DNA of 64,000 nucleotides from contig CAWCKJ010000003.1 in the NCBI GenBank assembly GCA_963796105.1, positions 224,001 to 288,000 of the forward strand. The letters are read 5' to 3'. Position numbers and translations under genes: made by a program. Below are positions 1 to 10,488 of the stretch, one piece after another. Every line of letters starts with the position of its first letter. Within the stretch, counting starts at the first letter, position 1. The stretch comes from a candidate division FCPU426 bacterium. Its GTDB lineage: Bacteria > Oederibacteriota > Muellerivitia > Muellerivitales > Muellerivitaceae. Under the pieces are notes generated by a model. That model had not been told where the DNA came from. It was given only the letters and a program-made list of their open reading frames with translations, and searched no databases.

Positions 1-45
1 CTAAACGCGCATTTTTTGTCAAAATTCCATTTATGATCCATGCTA

Positions 46-74
46 TTGACCGTCTAAAAACCCTGTGTTAGTTT
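46..74 (+). promoter_or_regulatory. Putative sigma70 promoter of the gap operon
   Basis: TTGACC (46-51), 17-bp spacer, TG-n-TAGTTT (69-74). Confidence 0.4.
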
Positions 75-170
75 ATCGCTTCATTAACGGTCGCTTTAAT
101 ATGTTTTTCGTGATTTTTGGCCTTTTGGTTAAGTTGAAATGGGTCTTAAATACCGGGCACCGTTGGGTAG

Positions 171-1247
<1,077 letters not shown>

Positions 1248-1264
1248 AATCAGTAAAAATGTTT

Positions 1265-1303
1265 GAAGCCGCGGAGACGCTAAAGGGTGTTTTCGCGGCT
1301 TTT
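1265..1303 (+). terminator. Stem-loop after gap (terminator or mRNA-stabilising hairpin)
   Basis: AAGCCGCG...CGCGGCTT followed by Ts. Confidence 0.5.
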
Positions 1304-1308
1304 CCTTA

Positions 1309-1752
1309 ATGGGTGAAAATATGTGGTATCCAGTTGTTTGGTGGGTTGTAACCGCGGTAGTTTTTTTCATTTTGGAGTTGGTGACCACATCGTTTTTTTT
1401 CATGTGGATTGGAGCCGGAGCCGTTGTTACCGCTTTACTTAGTATGGTGGTGGACAAATCCTGGATCCAGTACACCACTTTTGCTTTTTCATCCATTCTT
1501 TTAATAGCATTCACCCGCCGTTGGGCCTCTCTTTTATCCGGTAAAGCAACCCGTCCCTCCAACGTGGACTCTCTTGTGGGCCAAATTGCTTTAATTACAA
1601 AAGTTTCCTCCGCCTCTTCCTGGCAGGGTTATCTCAAAGTGGGAGGAGAATCCTGGAAGGCCGAATCGGAAAACAGGGAACCATTGGTTGAAAATAGTCA
1701 AGCTACTGTAGTCGCGGTGAGATCGAATGTGTTGGTTGTTAAAGTTTTATAG
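1309..1752 (+). CDS. NfeD family membrane protein (short form)
   Basis: Hydrophobic N-terminus, 'LVGQIA...GYLKVGGESWKAES' OB-fold C-terminus, directly upstream of an SPFH gene. Confidence 0.9.
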   Translation: MGENMWYPVVWWVVTAVVFFILELVTTSFFFMWIGAGAVVTALLSMVVDKSWIQYTTFAFSSILLIAFTRRWASLLSGKATRPSNVDSLVGQIALITKVSSASSWQGYLKVGGESWKAESENREPLVENSQATVVAVRSNVLVVKVL

Positions 1753-1773
1753 TTATTAAAAAGGAGAACACTT

Positions 1774-2691
1774 ATGGAAGGTCCTTCACTTGTAGTTCTT
1801 GTTATTTTTGCTTTTATCTACGCTTCATTGGCAATCCGAATCGTTCGCCCCTATGAGAAGGGACTTGTGGAAAGAATGGGGAAATATATTAGGACCAGCG
1901 AGTCAGGGTTAACCGTTCTTGTCCCGTTTTTCGAGAAAATGATCAAGGTGGATATGAGAGAACAGGTCATTTCTGTCCCCCCTCAGGAAGTCATTACAAA
2001 AGACAACGTCGTCGTGACGGTTGACGCCATCATTTATTTTCATGTAACTGATCCATTCCGGGTTGTTTATAACATCCGCTCATTTGAGATGGCGGCGGTT
2101 AAGTTGGCTCAAACGAACTTGAGGAATACGATTGGAGAATTGGACCTTGACCAAACCCTGAACAGCCGCGAACGAATCAACTCCCAGCTCCGCGAAACGA
2201 TGGATGAAGCCACGGACAAGTGGGGTGTCAAAGTTACTCGGGTAGAAATTCAAAAAATCGATCCCCCGGCTGACATTGTCAACGCCATGAGCGCTCAGAT
2301 GAAAGCGGAGCGGACCAAGAGAGCCGCTATCATCGAGGCGGAGGGGATAAAACAGGCCGCCATTACCAAGGCGGAAGGCGAAAAGCAATCGGCGATTCTT
2401 AAGGCGGAGGGCGAGGCGGGCGCCATTGAGCGTGTGGCCACAGCTAATAAATTCCAAAAAATCGCCCTCGCCGAGGGTGAGGGGCAAGCCATTCTAACGG
2501 TGTTCAAGTCTATTCATGACGGCAATCCTACCCAGGATTTATTGGCCCTCAAGTACATGGAGATGCTTGGGCGTGTCGCGGATGGCCAAGCCACCAAAAT
2601 CTTTTTGCCGTTGGAAGCTTCGGGGACATTGGGGGCCTTGAGCACGATCGCAGAGGCATTTAAAACAGATATTAAACAAAAACAAAAATAA
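1774..2691 (+). CDS. SPFH/stomatin-family (QmcA-like) membrane protein
   Basis: N-terminal TM, 'VPPQEVITKDNV', 'DKWGVKVTRVEI', AEG repeats. Confidence 0.95.
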   Translation: MEGPSLVVLVIFAFIYASLAIRIVRPYEKGLVERMGKYIRTSESGLTVLVPFFEKMIKVDMREQVISVPPQEVITKDNVVVTVDAIIYFHVTDPFRVVYNIRSFEMAAVKLAQTNLRNTIGELDLDQTLNSRERINSQLRETMDEATDKWGVKVTRVEIQKIDPPADIVNAMSAQMKAERTKRAAIIEAEGIKQAAITKAEGEKQSAILKAEGEAGAIERVATANKFQKIALAEGEGQAILTVFKSIHDGNPTQDLLALKYMEMLGRVADGQATKIFLPLEASGTLGALSTIAEAFKTDIKQKQK

Positions 2692-2774
2692 GCAACGTGT
2701 AACAGTTTTTCCGGGATTGTTCATTCTGGTTGAATTTATTTCGGCCGTTTAATCTAAAAAGAAAGGGAAGGGCG

Positions 2775-3980
2775 ATGGCAACTTACAACAAAATGAGCGT
2801 AGAGGATATTCAGCCGGCAGGGAAAAAAGTTTTTGTTCGCGTGGATTTTAACGTGCCCCAGGATGAGTCGCTCAAAATCACTGACGATACAAGAATCAGG
2901 GAATCCCTTAAAACCATTCAGTATCTTTCCGGGAAAGGCGCAAAGGTAATCCTTTGTTCCCATCTGGGCAGACCTAAGGGCAAAAAAAATGAGAAATACA
3001 GCCTCAAGCCTGTTGCCGTTCGGCTTTCGGAATTGTTAAAGAAACCCGTTGTTATGATGCCGGATTGCGTGGGGGACTCGGTGAAGGCCGAGGTCGCCAA
3101 AATGAAGGACGGTGATGTGGCTTTGCTCGAAAACGTCCGCTTTTATGACCAGGAGGAAAAAAACGACCTGGTTTTCGCGAAACAACTTTCTGAATTGGCT
3201 GATATGTACGTCAATGATGCTTTTGGCACCGCCCATAGGGCTCATGCATCAACGGAAGGCGTTACTAAATATCTGAAACCCTGCGCGGCTGGGTTTTTAA
3301 TGATGAAAGAAATCAAGTATCTTGGCGGGGCGGTCTCCAACCCGGCCCGACCGTTTGTTGCTATTATTGGGGGCGCGAAAATCTCCGGAAAAATCGATGT
3401 TATCCAAAACCTTATGGTATTGGCTGATACCGTCATCGTCGGCGGGGGAATGGCCTATACCTTTTTCAAATCCCAAGGTATGGAGGTAGGCAAATCATTA
3501 TTGGAAATGGATAAAGTTGATTTGGCCAGGACCACCCTGGAAAAATCTAAGTCCCTGGGAAAGCCATTGCTGCTTCCCGTGGACAATGTCATCGCGCCGG
3601 ATTTGAAAGAGGGAGTCCCAACTAAAGTTGTCCCCTCCAACCAGATTCCCGCAGACTGGGAGGGTCTGGATGTGGGTCCGGAGACGCTTCAAAAATATGA
3701 GGAAGTATTGGCCAAGGCTAAAACCATTTTTTGGAACGGGCCTGTCGGGGCGTTTGAAGTTAAGCCGTTTGACAAGGGAACGCTCGCAATCGCCAATATG
3801 ATGGCCGCGGCCACTGCGCGGGGGGCATCCACCATCGTTGGGGGCGGGGATTCTGTTGCGGCTGTCACGCAAATGGGTCTGGAATTTAAGATGTCGCATG
3901 TTTCAACGGGGGGGGGCGCTTCCCTGGAATTTATGGAAGGCAAACAATTGCCTGGCATTGTCGCTTTGACTGATAAGTAA
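2775..3980 (+). CDS. pgk: Phosphoglycerate kinase
   Basis: RVDFNVP, SHLGRP, VNDAFGTAHRAHAS, STGGGASLEF motifs. Confidence 0.98.
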   Translation: MATYNKMSVEDIQPAGKKVFVRVDFNVPQDESLKITDDTRIRESLKTIQYLSGKGAKVILCSHLGRPKGKKNEKYSLKPVAVRLSELLKKPVVMMPDCVGDSVKAEVAKMKDGDVALLENVRFYDQEEKNDLVFAKQLSELADMYVNDAFGTAHRAHASTEGVTKYLKPCAAGFLMMKEIKYLGGAVSNPARPFVAIIGGAKISGKIDVIQNLMVLADTVIVGGGMAYTFFKSQGMEVGKSLLEMDKVDLARTTLEKSKSLGKPLLLPVDNVIAPDLKEGVPTKVVPSNQIPADWEGLDVGPETLQKYEEVLAKAKTIFWNGPVGAFEVKPFDKGTLAIANMMAAATARGASTIVGGGDSVAAVTQMGLEFKMSHVSTGGGASLEFMEGKQLPGIVALTDK

Positions 3981-4094
3981 ATTCAGATCAAAATTTACGC
4001 CCTGGGGTTTTTCGAGGTTTACACCTGTTGATCCTGGGGCGTGAATTTAATTCATCCGCCTGAGAATAATTAAAACATTCCATTTGGAGGATTT

Positions 4095-4844
4095 ATGAGA
4101 AAGTCCATCATTGCCGGAAATTGGAAGATGTACAAGACTGTTAAGGAATCGGTGGATTTCGTTAAACAGCTTGATGAAAAGTTCAAGGGTATTCAAGACC
4201 GTGAAATTGTTGTTTGCCCCTCATACCTATCAATACCGGCTGTTTCGGAAGCACTCCGCTTCTCAAACATTTCTGTTGGAGCCCAAGATGCGCATTGGGA
4301 AAACGAAGGAGCTTTTACAGGCAATGTCAGCCCCTCTGTGCTGAAAGAAATAGGCGTGAAATTTATTATCCTTGGCCATTCGGAAAAAAGGCAATATGAC
4401 GCTGAGACTGACGGGAAGATCAATCGGAAACTGAAAAACGTCTTGAAAAACGGCTTGAAAGCCATTGTTTGTGTGGGTGAAACCCTTCAAGAACGGGAAA
4501 CATCCCGGACCGAAAAAGTTATTGAAACCCAGGTTCAAGGTTGTTTTGAGGGAATAAGTTTGGGTGATTTAAGTCAAATTGTGATAGCTTATGAACCGGT
4601 TTGGGCGATTGGTACGGGTAAAACAGCTTCACCTGAACAAGCCAATGAAGTCCATTCCTATATCCGGTCCTTGATTAAGAATAAATTTAATTCGGAAGCA
4701 GCGGACTATTTAAGAATCCAATATGGCGGGAGTGTTAAACCAGATAATGTCAAACAACTCATGGCGCAAAAAGATATTGATGGCGCTTTGGTGGGCGGAG
4801 CAAGCCTGAAAGCAGATTCCTTTTCGGCGATTGTTCAATATTGA
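4095..4844 (+). CDS. tpiA: Triosephosphate isomerase
   Basis: AGNWKM, GHSE, AYEPVWAIGTG, YGGSV, LVGGASL motifs. Confidence 0.98.
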   Translation: MRKSIIAGNWKMYKTVKESVDFVKQLDEKFKGIQDREIVVCPSYLSIPAVSEALRFSNISVGAQDAHWENEGAFTGNVSPSVLKEIGVKFIILGHSEKRQYDAETDGKINRKLKNVLKNGLKAIVCVGETLQERETSRTEKVIETQVQGCFEGISLGDLSQIVIAYEPVWAIGTGKTASPEQANEVHSYIRSLIKNKFNSEAADYLRIQYGGSVKPDNVKQLMAQKDIDGALVGGASLKADSFSAIVQY

Positions 4845-5036
4845 ACCAAGTCTGTTTTAACCTTATTTGAGGCCGGTTTCCTGATTGATCCGTGAAAACA
4901 AGTTCGTTTTCCGATGGGAAGCTTTTTCTTCAGCTTGGTTTAGCGTAAAATGCAATGGTTTCACTTTAGTATCGAATAAAATTCTTTGTTTCAAAAAAAA
5001 TGATTTAAACATCCTTTATTAAACTGGGAGCATAAG

Positions 5037-5426
5037 ATGATTGCTTTGATAAACAGTCTTTTTGTGATAGTAGCGATTCTTTTAATTGGGGTGGTATTGA
5101 TTCAACAACCCAAAACATCCGGAGGGTTGTTTTCGGGAACCAGTCAAAGCCTATTGGGTACTGGGGGAAAGACCTTTTGGGTTAAGTTCACGGTCACTGT
5201 CGCGGCTTTATTTATGCTTCTATGTCTCATTTTGAATGTTTTACCACGCTATCAGCAACAGGAAAGTGCGGTAATGGGAGTTATTGAGAAACAACAGAAA
5301 GCGGCTGCCGCGCCACAGGCCAATGCTCCCGTTCCTTCTTCCGTGAACTCGCAAAACAAATTACCCGCAGGAAGTGTTCCAGCTCCTTCACAAAACTTGC
5401 CGGGATCCAATCTGCCTAAGAAATAA
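5037..5426 (+). CDS. secG: Preprotein translocase subunit SecG with Pro/Ala-rich C-terminal tail
   Basis: Two TMs, 'VLIQQPK..GG..SG', canonical position after tpiA. Confidence 0.85.
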   Translation: MIALINSLFVIVAILLIGVVLIQQPKTSGGLFSGTSQSLLGTGGKTFWVKFTVTVAALFMLLCLILNVLPRYQQQESAVMGVIEKQQKAAAAPQANAPVPSSVNSQNKLPAGSVPAPSQNLPGSNLPKK

Positions 5427-5480
5427 GCTGCTGTTTTTGTTTGTGCGTATTAAGAATATAAACCAAGGAAATTGGCGCAT

Positions 5481-6548
5481 ATGATTAACGAAAACAAAGC
5501 CCGTTCAACCTTGAAGCAAATCGCGAAATTTTGCGGTGTGTCCCATACGACTGTTTCTATGGTCATCAACCAGAATCCCAGGATTTCCCCTGAAACCCGG
5601 GAAAAAGTTATGGCGGCCATCAAAAAGTTCAACTATTACCCGAATGTGGCCGCCCGAAGCCTCGTCATGTCAAGAACCAATACTATTGGTATTTTCGGGA
5701 CTATGTTTGACTCGCCTTATTACAATGAGATCATCCGCGGGATAGAAATGGAATGCCGTCACGCGAATGTGGATTTGAAAATTTATAATTGCAATGGAAG
5801 TCTTGAGGATTTCAACGATATTTATGACCGTATCCTGGGGGAGCGTCGCATTGACGCAATCATTGCTCTATCCGTTCCGATGGAGGATGCGGTTCTGGAA
5901 CGTTTCCAGAAGGAAGAACTCCCTCTAATCATCCTTCAACCTGTAGCTATTGAAGGACCTAATCACCTTTTGGAAAACATACCCACCCTTCAAGCCGAGG
6001 ACCAAAAAGGCATTTATAAAGCTATTTCTTACCTCATCTCTCTGGGGCATAAAAAAATAGGTTTTATCAACGGCCCTGAGCACCTGAAAATTTGCCAGGA
6101 CCGATTGACAGGTTATCGTGACGCCCTGAGGGATAATAACATCCCTTTTCAAGACTACTTAGTGGCCTATTCCCATGTCAGACCTGACGCTTTTACCATG
6201 GACGCTGGATACCAGTTATCCAAGGATCTCTTGGACCAATTCCCGGATATGACCGCAATTTGCTGCGTGTCTGACACCATGGCTATCGGAGTCATCAAGG
6301 CGGCTCGGCAAAAAGGACGTTCTGTCCCAGCGGATTTATCCATCATCGGTTTTGACGATACCTATGTCGCGCGTTTGGCGGACCCCTCGTTGACCACTCT
6401 CCATCAACCACTTCTAGAAATGGGCAAATCTTCCGTTATTATCGCCCACTCGATTCTTAATAAGAAAAATGTTGAATACCTCCATAGAGGCTTTGATGTG
6501 GAGCTGATCATCCGGGAATCAACCGCGAAACCCCGTAAAAAATCCTAA
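5481..6548 (+). CDS. LacI-family transcriptional regulator
   Basis: 'TLKQIAKFCGVSHTTVSMVIN' HTH, 'SIIGFDD', 'LTTLHQP', 'LIIRES'. Confidence 0.95.
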   Translation: MINENKARSTLKQIAKFCGVSHTTVSMVINQNPRISPETREKVMAAIKKFNYYPNVAARSLVMSRTNTIGIFGTMFDSPYYNEIIRGIEMECRHANVDLKIYNCNGSLEDFNDIYDRILGERRIDAIIALSVPMEDAVLERFQKEELPLIILQPVAIEGPNHLLENIPTLQAEDQKGIYKAISYLISLGHKKIGFINGPEHLKICQDRLTGYRDALRDNNIPFQDYLVAYSHVRPDAFTMDAGYQLSKDLLDQFPDMTAICCVSDTMAIGVIKAARQKGRSVPADLSIIGFDDTYVARLADPSLTTLHQPLLEMGKSSVIIAHSILNKKNVEYLHRGFDVELIIRESTAKPRKKS

Positions 6549-6584
6549 CGTTTCTATCGGGGAATTTTTTATTCCTCTCGTATA

Positions 6585-8225
6585 ATGTCGGCCATGTCAA
6601 TAAACCTCTCGTTCCCTAAGCGCCTTATTCTTTCCGCGGCAAGCGCCGGTTTGGTTTGGCTAAGTTTCCCGAACGTTCTGGAGAAAACCCTCCATCCCAT
6701 TGGAGCTCCATTGGCTTGGATCGCCCTGATACCCTTGTTTTTTGCTTTAAAAAATCAAACGCCTAAGCGAGCAGCCATATTGGGATGGTTATTTGGTTTT
6801 GTGCAATTCGCGGCAATACTCTATTGGATCTCAATACTAGAGGAAGCCAAGGAATTAGGCCCCTTGGCCTGGGCCGCCCTGGTTTCATATTTGAGCCTTT
6901 TTTTTATGGTTTTTGGTTTTGGCTTTTCTCATTTGGAAAGAAGATTTAAAAATTCCGTTGTTTGGATCGCCCCATTTCTATGGACCGCGTTGGAATTTCT
7001 TCGCGGAACTCAACCCTGGGGAGGCTTTAATTGGGGGGAAATCGGCTACAGCCAGGCGCCTTATCCTGCTGTCCTATATGTGACGTCCTTTACGGGTGAG
7101 TATGGATTGACCTTTTTGATCGTTTGGACAAATTTTGCCCTCGCGAATATGTTGATGGATTTCATTGAGCTGAGAATTAATCCAAAACCATTAATTGGGT
7201 TAAATAAATCAACCAAGTTGAAATACCTTATTCCGATGACGGTTGTTTTCATTAATACATCTCTCGGTCACCTCAACCTTGAAAAAACAGCACTGGAAAA
7301 AAGAGGAATCGTTGTCCTTCTGCAGCCATGTATCGATCAAGCCGTCAAGTGGAGCCGTTCCTACGAAGAGGAGACTTATAAACGCTTTGAAGCGCTTATT
7401 CAGGATTGCGCCTCGACTAATCCTGATTTAATCGTTTGGCCTGAAACAGGCGCTCCAAGTCTTTTGCGCTGGAATCCTAAATCATTGAGCCTGGTCAAGA
7501 ATATTGTTTCGCGATCAAAAACACCCCAGTTGGTGGGTTGTTTGGATTTATCACGCGGTAAACCTGGAACTATTTTTTATTTCAACGCCGCAATCCATTT
7601 TGACCCAAGCGGTGCAATTCTGGGAGTTTACTGCAAACGTCATTTGGTTCCATTCGGCGAATTCATGCCGTTTCAAAAATACCTTTCTTTCCTGGGCCCC
7701 ATCGTCCAAAGCCTCGGAAGCTTTGAGCCTGGTCCTGCTTACGTAAAATTTCCGGCCAAATCATTCACCTATTCCCCTACTATCTGTTATGAGGCGACTT
7801 TTCCAGGAGATGTCCAAAAAGCTCTTAAAAATAACGCGGATGCCCTTGTCAGTATCAGTAATGACGCTTGGTATGGGAATACCGCCGCTGCATTTCAGCA
7901 CGCATTAATGGAAGTGGTCCGAGCAGCGGAAGAAAGAAGACCCCTATTAAGAGCCGCGAATACTGGTATATCTCTTATCACGGATCCTTTTGGACGAATA
8001 TTGATTTCGACGAAATTATTCGAGAATAGATTCCTCGCGGGAGATGTTTGGCTCGCGAAAGACAATAAAACAATCTATTCAATGTTCGGAAATTGGTTCA
8101 CGTGGTTTTGTTGTTTAGCGACAATCTTCTTTTTTCTTCTATTGATCGTTAATAAAAAGGGTTTGTCTGAGGGTAAGACAGGAATACCCGCTACTCCACC
8201 ACCACGGGAATTGTTGCCGCTTTAA
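6585..8225 (+). CDS. lnt: Apolipoprotein N-acyltransferase
   Basis: Multi-TM; WPET, KRHLVPFGE, ICYE, SNDAWY, RAANTGIS motifs. Confidence 0.95.
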   Translation: MSAMSINLSFPKRLILSAASAGLVWLSFPNVLEKTLHPIGAPLAWIALIPLFFALKNQTPKRAAILGWLFGFVQFAAILYWISILEEAKELGPLAWAALVSYLSLFFMVFGFGFSHLERRFKNSVVWIAPFLWTALEFLRGTQPWGGFNWGEIGYSQAPYPAVLYVTSFTGEYGLTFLIVWTNFALANMLMDFIELRINPKPLIGLNKSTKLKYLIPMTVVFINTSLGHLNLEKTALEKRGIVVLLQPCIDQAVKWSRSYEEETYKRFEALIQDCASTNPDLIVWPETGAPSLLRWNPKSLSLVKNIVSRSKTPQLVGCLDLSRGKPGTIFYFNAAIHFDPSGAILGVYCKRHLVPFGEFMPFQKYLSFLGPIVQSLGSFEPGPAYVKFPAKSFTYSPTICYEATFPGDVQKALKNNADALVSISNDAWYGNTAAAFQHALMEVVRAAEERRPLLRAANTGISLITDPFGRILISTKLFENRFLAGDVWLAKDNKTIYSMFGNWFTWFCCLATIFFFLLLIVNKKGLSEGKTGIPATPPPRELLPL

Positions 8226-8259
8226 AGTTTTTTTGGGGATAAATCCAATTGAGCTTGGA

Positions 8260-9315
8260 TTAAATCGGATGAAGCCCGCGTTTTGTGAGCCCCGTGGTCT
8301 CATCTAAACCGAACATTAAATTCATGTTTTGGATCCCAACTTGAGCTCCGCCTTTTCCGATGCTATCCAGGACGCTGAAAACAACTATGCGATTGCGGGT
8401 TTCATCATAATCCAATCCAATAAAGCTAAAGTTCGTTCCTGAGACGCTATTTACCCAGGGATATGGCTTGTATTGCCATGACGCGCTTTCCTCTTTCGGA
8501 AGATCCCAAATTTTAACGAAATACTCTCCTTTATAAAAATCCTTATAAAGTTTCAACAATTTATCTCGGGAGATTTTTCGAGTTGGAAATGCGTGGCAAA
8601 TATCCAGGATTCCTCGAACAATGGGAACGTAAATGGGAGTGAAATTGATTTTCACCTTTTTCATTGCCAGCAAACCCAACTCCTGTTCCATTTCAAAAGT
8701 ATGCCGATGCCCGACGACATTATATGGGATGAGATTATTGCCGATTTCTGCGTGATGGGCCGGGCGGGACAGATCAGCGCCGATTCCTGCGGTTCCCGAT
8801 AAGCCATCCACAACTAGGGTGGAAGTATCTACCAAGCCCTCCTTAACAAGCGGGGCTAAACCCAGGATGGCGGCGGACGCGAAACATCCTGGATTCGCGA
8901 TCACTCTGGCTTTTTTAATTTCCTCGCGGTGTAATTCTGATATCCCATAAACGGCCTCTTGCGCCAATTTCCAGGATTTGTGTTTTTTCTTGTAAACTTT
9001 TTCCCAAAGTTTGCGGTCGGAGAGGCGGAAATCAGCCCCGAGATCAATGACTTTAGATCCTTCTTTTATGAATTTAGGGGCTAATTCCATCGGGACGCCG
9101 GTAGGTAGAGCCATAAAGACAACATCACAAGGGGTGACCTGGTCGGGCCTGATGAATTTAAAACCGGAATCATAAAGGTTTGGATGATAATCCGCTACAT
9201 TTGCGTCACTTCGGCTGGTGGCCCAGCTTATTTCAACTTCCGGATGGTCCATCAGGGTGCGCAGTACTTCTCCGCCCATATAGCCACTCGCGCCATAAAT
9301 ACCAACTTTGATCAT
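8260..9315 (-). CDS. argC: N-acetyl-gamma-glutamyl-phosphate reductase family protein (ArgC/LysY-like)
   Basis: GASGYMG, DLGADFRL, IANPGC, GHRH motifs; several residues diverge from consensus (see findings). Confidence 0.8.
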   Translation of the reverse strand: MIKVGIYGASGYMGGEVLRTLMDHPEVEISWATSRSDANVADYHPNLYDSGFKFIRPDQVTPCDVVFMALPTGVPMELAPKFIKEGSKVIDLGADFRLSDRKLWEKVYKKKHKSWKLAQEAVYGISELHREEIKKARVIANPGCFASAAILGLAPLVKEGLVDTSTLVVDGLSGTAGIGADLSRPAHHAEIGNNLIPYNVVGHRHTFEMEQELGLLAMKKVKINFTPIYVPIVRGILDICHAFPTRKISRDKLLKLYKDFYKGEYFVKIWDLPKEESASWQYKPYPWVNSVSGTNFSFIGLDYDETRNRIVVFSVLDSIGKGGAQVGIQNMNLMFGLDETTGLTKRGLHPI

Positions 9316-9378
9316 TGGAAACCTCTTTGATTTTCACATGGTTCAAAAGCAAAAAATTCATTTAATAACTTCTCAAAA

Positions 9379-9454
9379 TGGTGACCCCAACGGGAGTCGA
9401 ACCCGTGTTGCCGGGATGAAAACCCGGCGTCCTAGGCCTCTAGACGATGGGGTC
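9379..9454 (-). tRNA. tRNA-Glu(TTC)
   Basis: Cloverleaf GACCCCA...GGGGTCACCA; anticodon arm CCGGG-TT-TTC-AT-CCCGG; encoded CCA. Confidence 0.95.
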
Positions 9455-9492
9455 GTCCAAAAATTCCTTGAAAAAAGCCTAAAAGAAAGCAA

Positions 9493-9521
9493 ATTTTAGG
9501 TGAGCGGGGAATGGAAGTCAA
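9493..9521 (-). promoter_or_regulatory. sigma70 promoter for tRNA-Glu (and possibly argC)
   Basis: Minus strand TTGACT, 17-bp spacer, TAAAAT, ~40 nt upstream of the tRNA. Confidence 0.65.
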
Positions 9522-9891
9522 GGAAGGATGAAAAGCTTGTCAAAGGACGGCCTTCCGGGTCGCCAATTTGGGTGGGCAAGGTAACCCGGCACCCATTATC
9601 CGGTGGGCCAAGGGCAGGTAAACTCACGAATACACGGCAAAGGTTTAGGGTTTGCTGAAAGCCATTGCACCGATACGTACCGACATCAACATGTGAAGAA
9701 TGAAGGAACTTAAAGTGTTCTAATTTCTTATGTTGATTGACTAGCCCCCCTACAAAAGCGAGGCAATTATCCGTAAAAATCCAACTCTCGGGCTTTGTCG
9801 CGATTTCTTTCTGCTGAAAACCGGATGACGATTCTCTTTTCTCCCGCTATGATACATCTTTATTTATCGATTCAATTCCTGGGGTTAATGG

Positions 9892-10428
9892 ATGTACGGA
9901 AAATCGTTTTTGATTATTCTTTGTGTTGTTTTAATAATAGCCTTAATCACGGGGGAAGCCATGGCTAAGAAAAAAAAGAAAACGAAAGCGAATCCCAAGG
10001 TTATTTTCGAGACTACACAGGGTCCTTTTATTGCCGAACTTTTTTCGGATGTTCCGACAACGACAAAAAATTTCGCCGAATTAGTTTCTGCGGGGTTTTA
10101 TGATGGCTTGACATTTCACCGTTACGTCCAGGGATTCGTTATTCAAGGGGGAGATCCCACTGGAACAGGGGGCGGCGGCTCAAGTAAGACGATTCCTCTT
10201 GAGATTACCGCTCACCAGCATGTCATGGGTGCCTTAGGCATGGCGCGTTCCGCTGACCCCAATTCCGCTTCCAGCCAATTTTATGTGTGTTTGGCGGATG
10301 CGCCTAATTTGAACGGCGGTTATACTGTATTTGGCCGTGTCTTAGAGGGTATGGATAATGTTTTAAAATTAAGGCAAGGGGACAAAATGACTAAAGTTAC
10401 CCTTCGGATAAAAGACATGGGAAAGTAG
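9892..10428 (+). CDS. Cyclophilin-type peptidyl-prolyl isomerase with N-terminal signal or anchor
   Basis: FYDGLTFHR..GFVIQGGDPTGTG, SASSQFY, YTVFGRV motifs. Confidence 0.95.
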   Translation: MYGKSFLIILCVVLIIALITGEAMAKKKKKTKANPKVIFETTQGPFIAELFSDVPTTTKNFAELVSAGFYDGLTFHRYVQGFVIQGGDPTGTGGGGSSKTIPLEITAHQHVMGALGMARSADPNSASSQFYVCLADAPNLNGGYTVFGRVLEGMDNVLKLRQGDKMTKVTLRIKDMGK

Positions 10429-10488
10429 CTGATTATAAGTTTTCTCTGCAATGAATCCTTTTGTGAAATGAAAGTGGGTTAACTTAAT

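Noticed and set aside
3991..4048. Imperfect inverted repeat between pgk and tpiA
   Set aside because: Single copy, most simply an mRNA-stability or terminator hairpin, and not similar to the repeat families.
9308..9499. 63-aa ORF, and likewise 37509-37694
   Set aside because: These overlap tRNA genes on the opposite strand and are spurious.
9620..9690. c-di-GMP-I riboswitch-like words (GGTAAAC, GGCAAA)
   Set aside because: The required P2 stem with GNRA loop and the following conserved junction cannot be formed.
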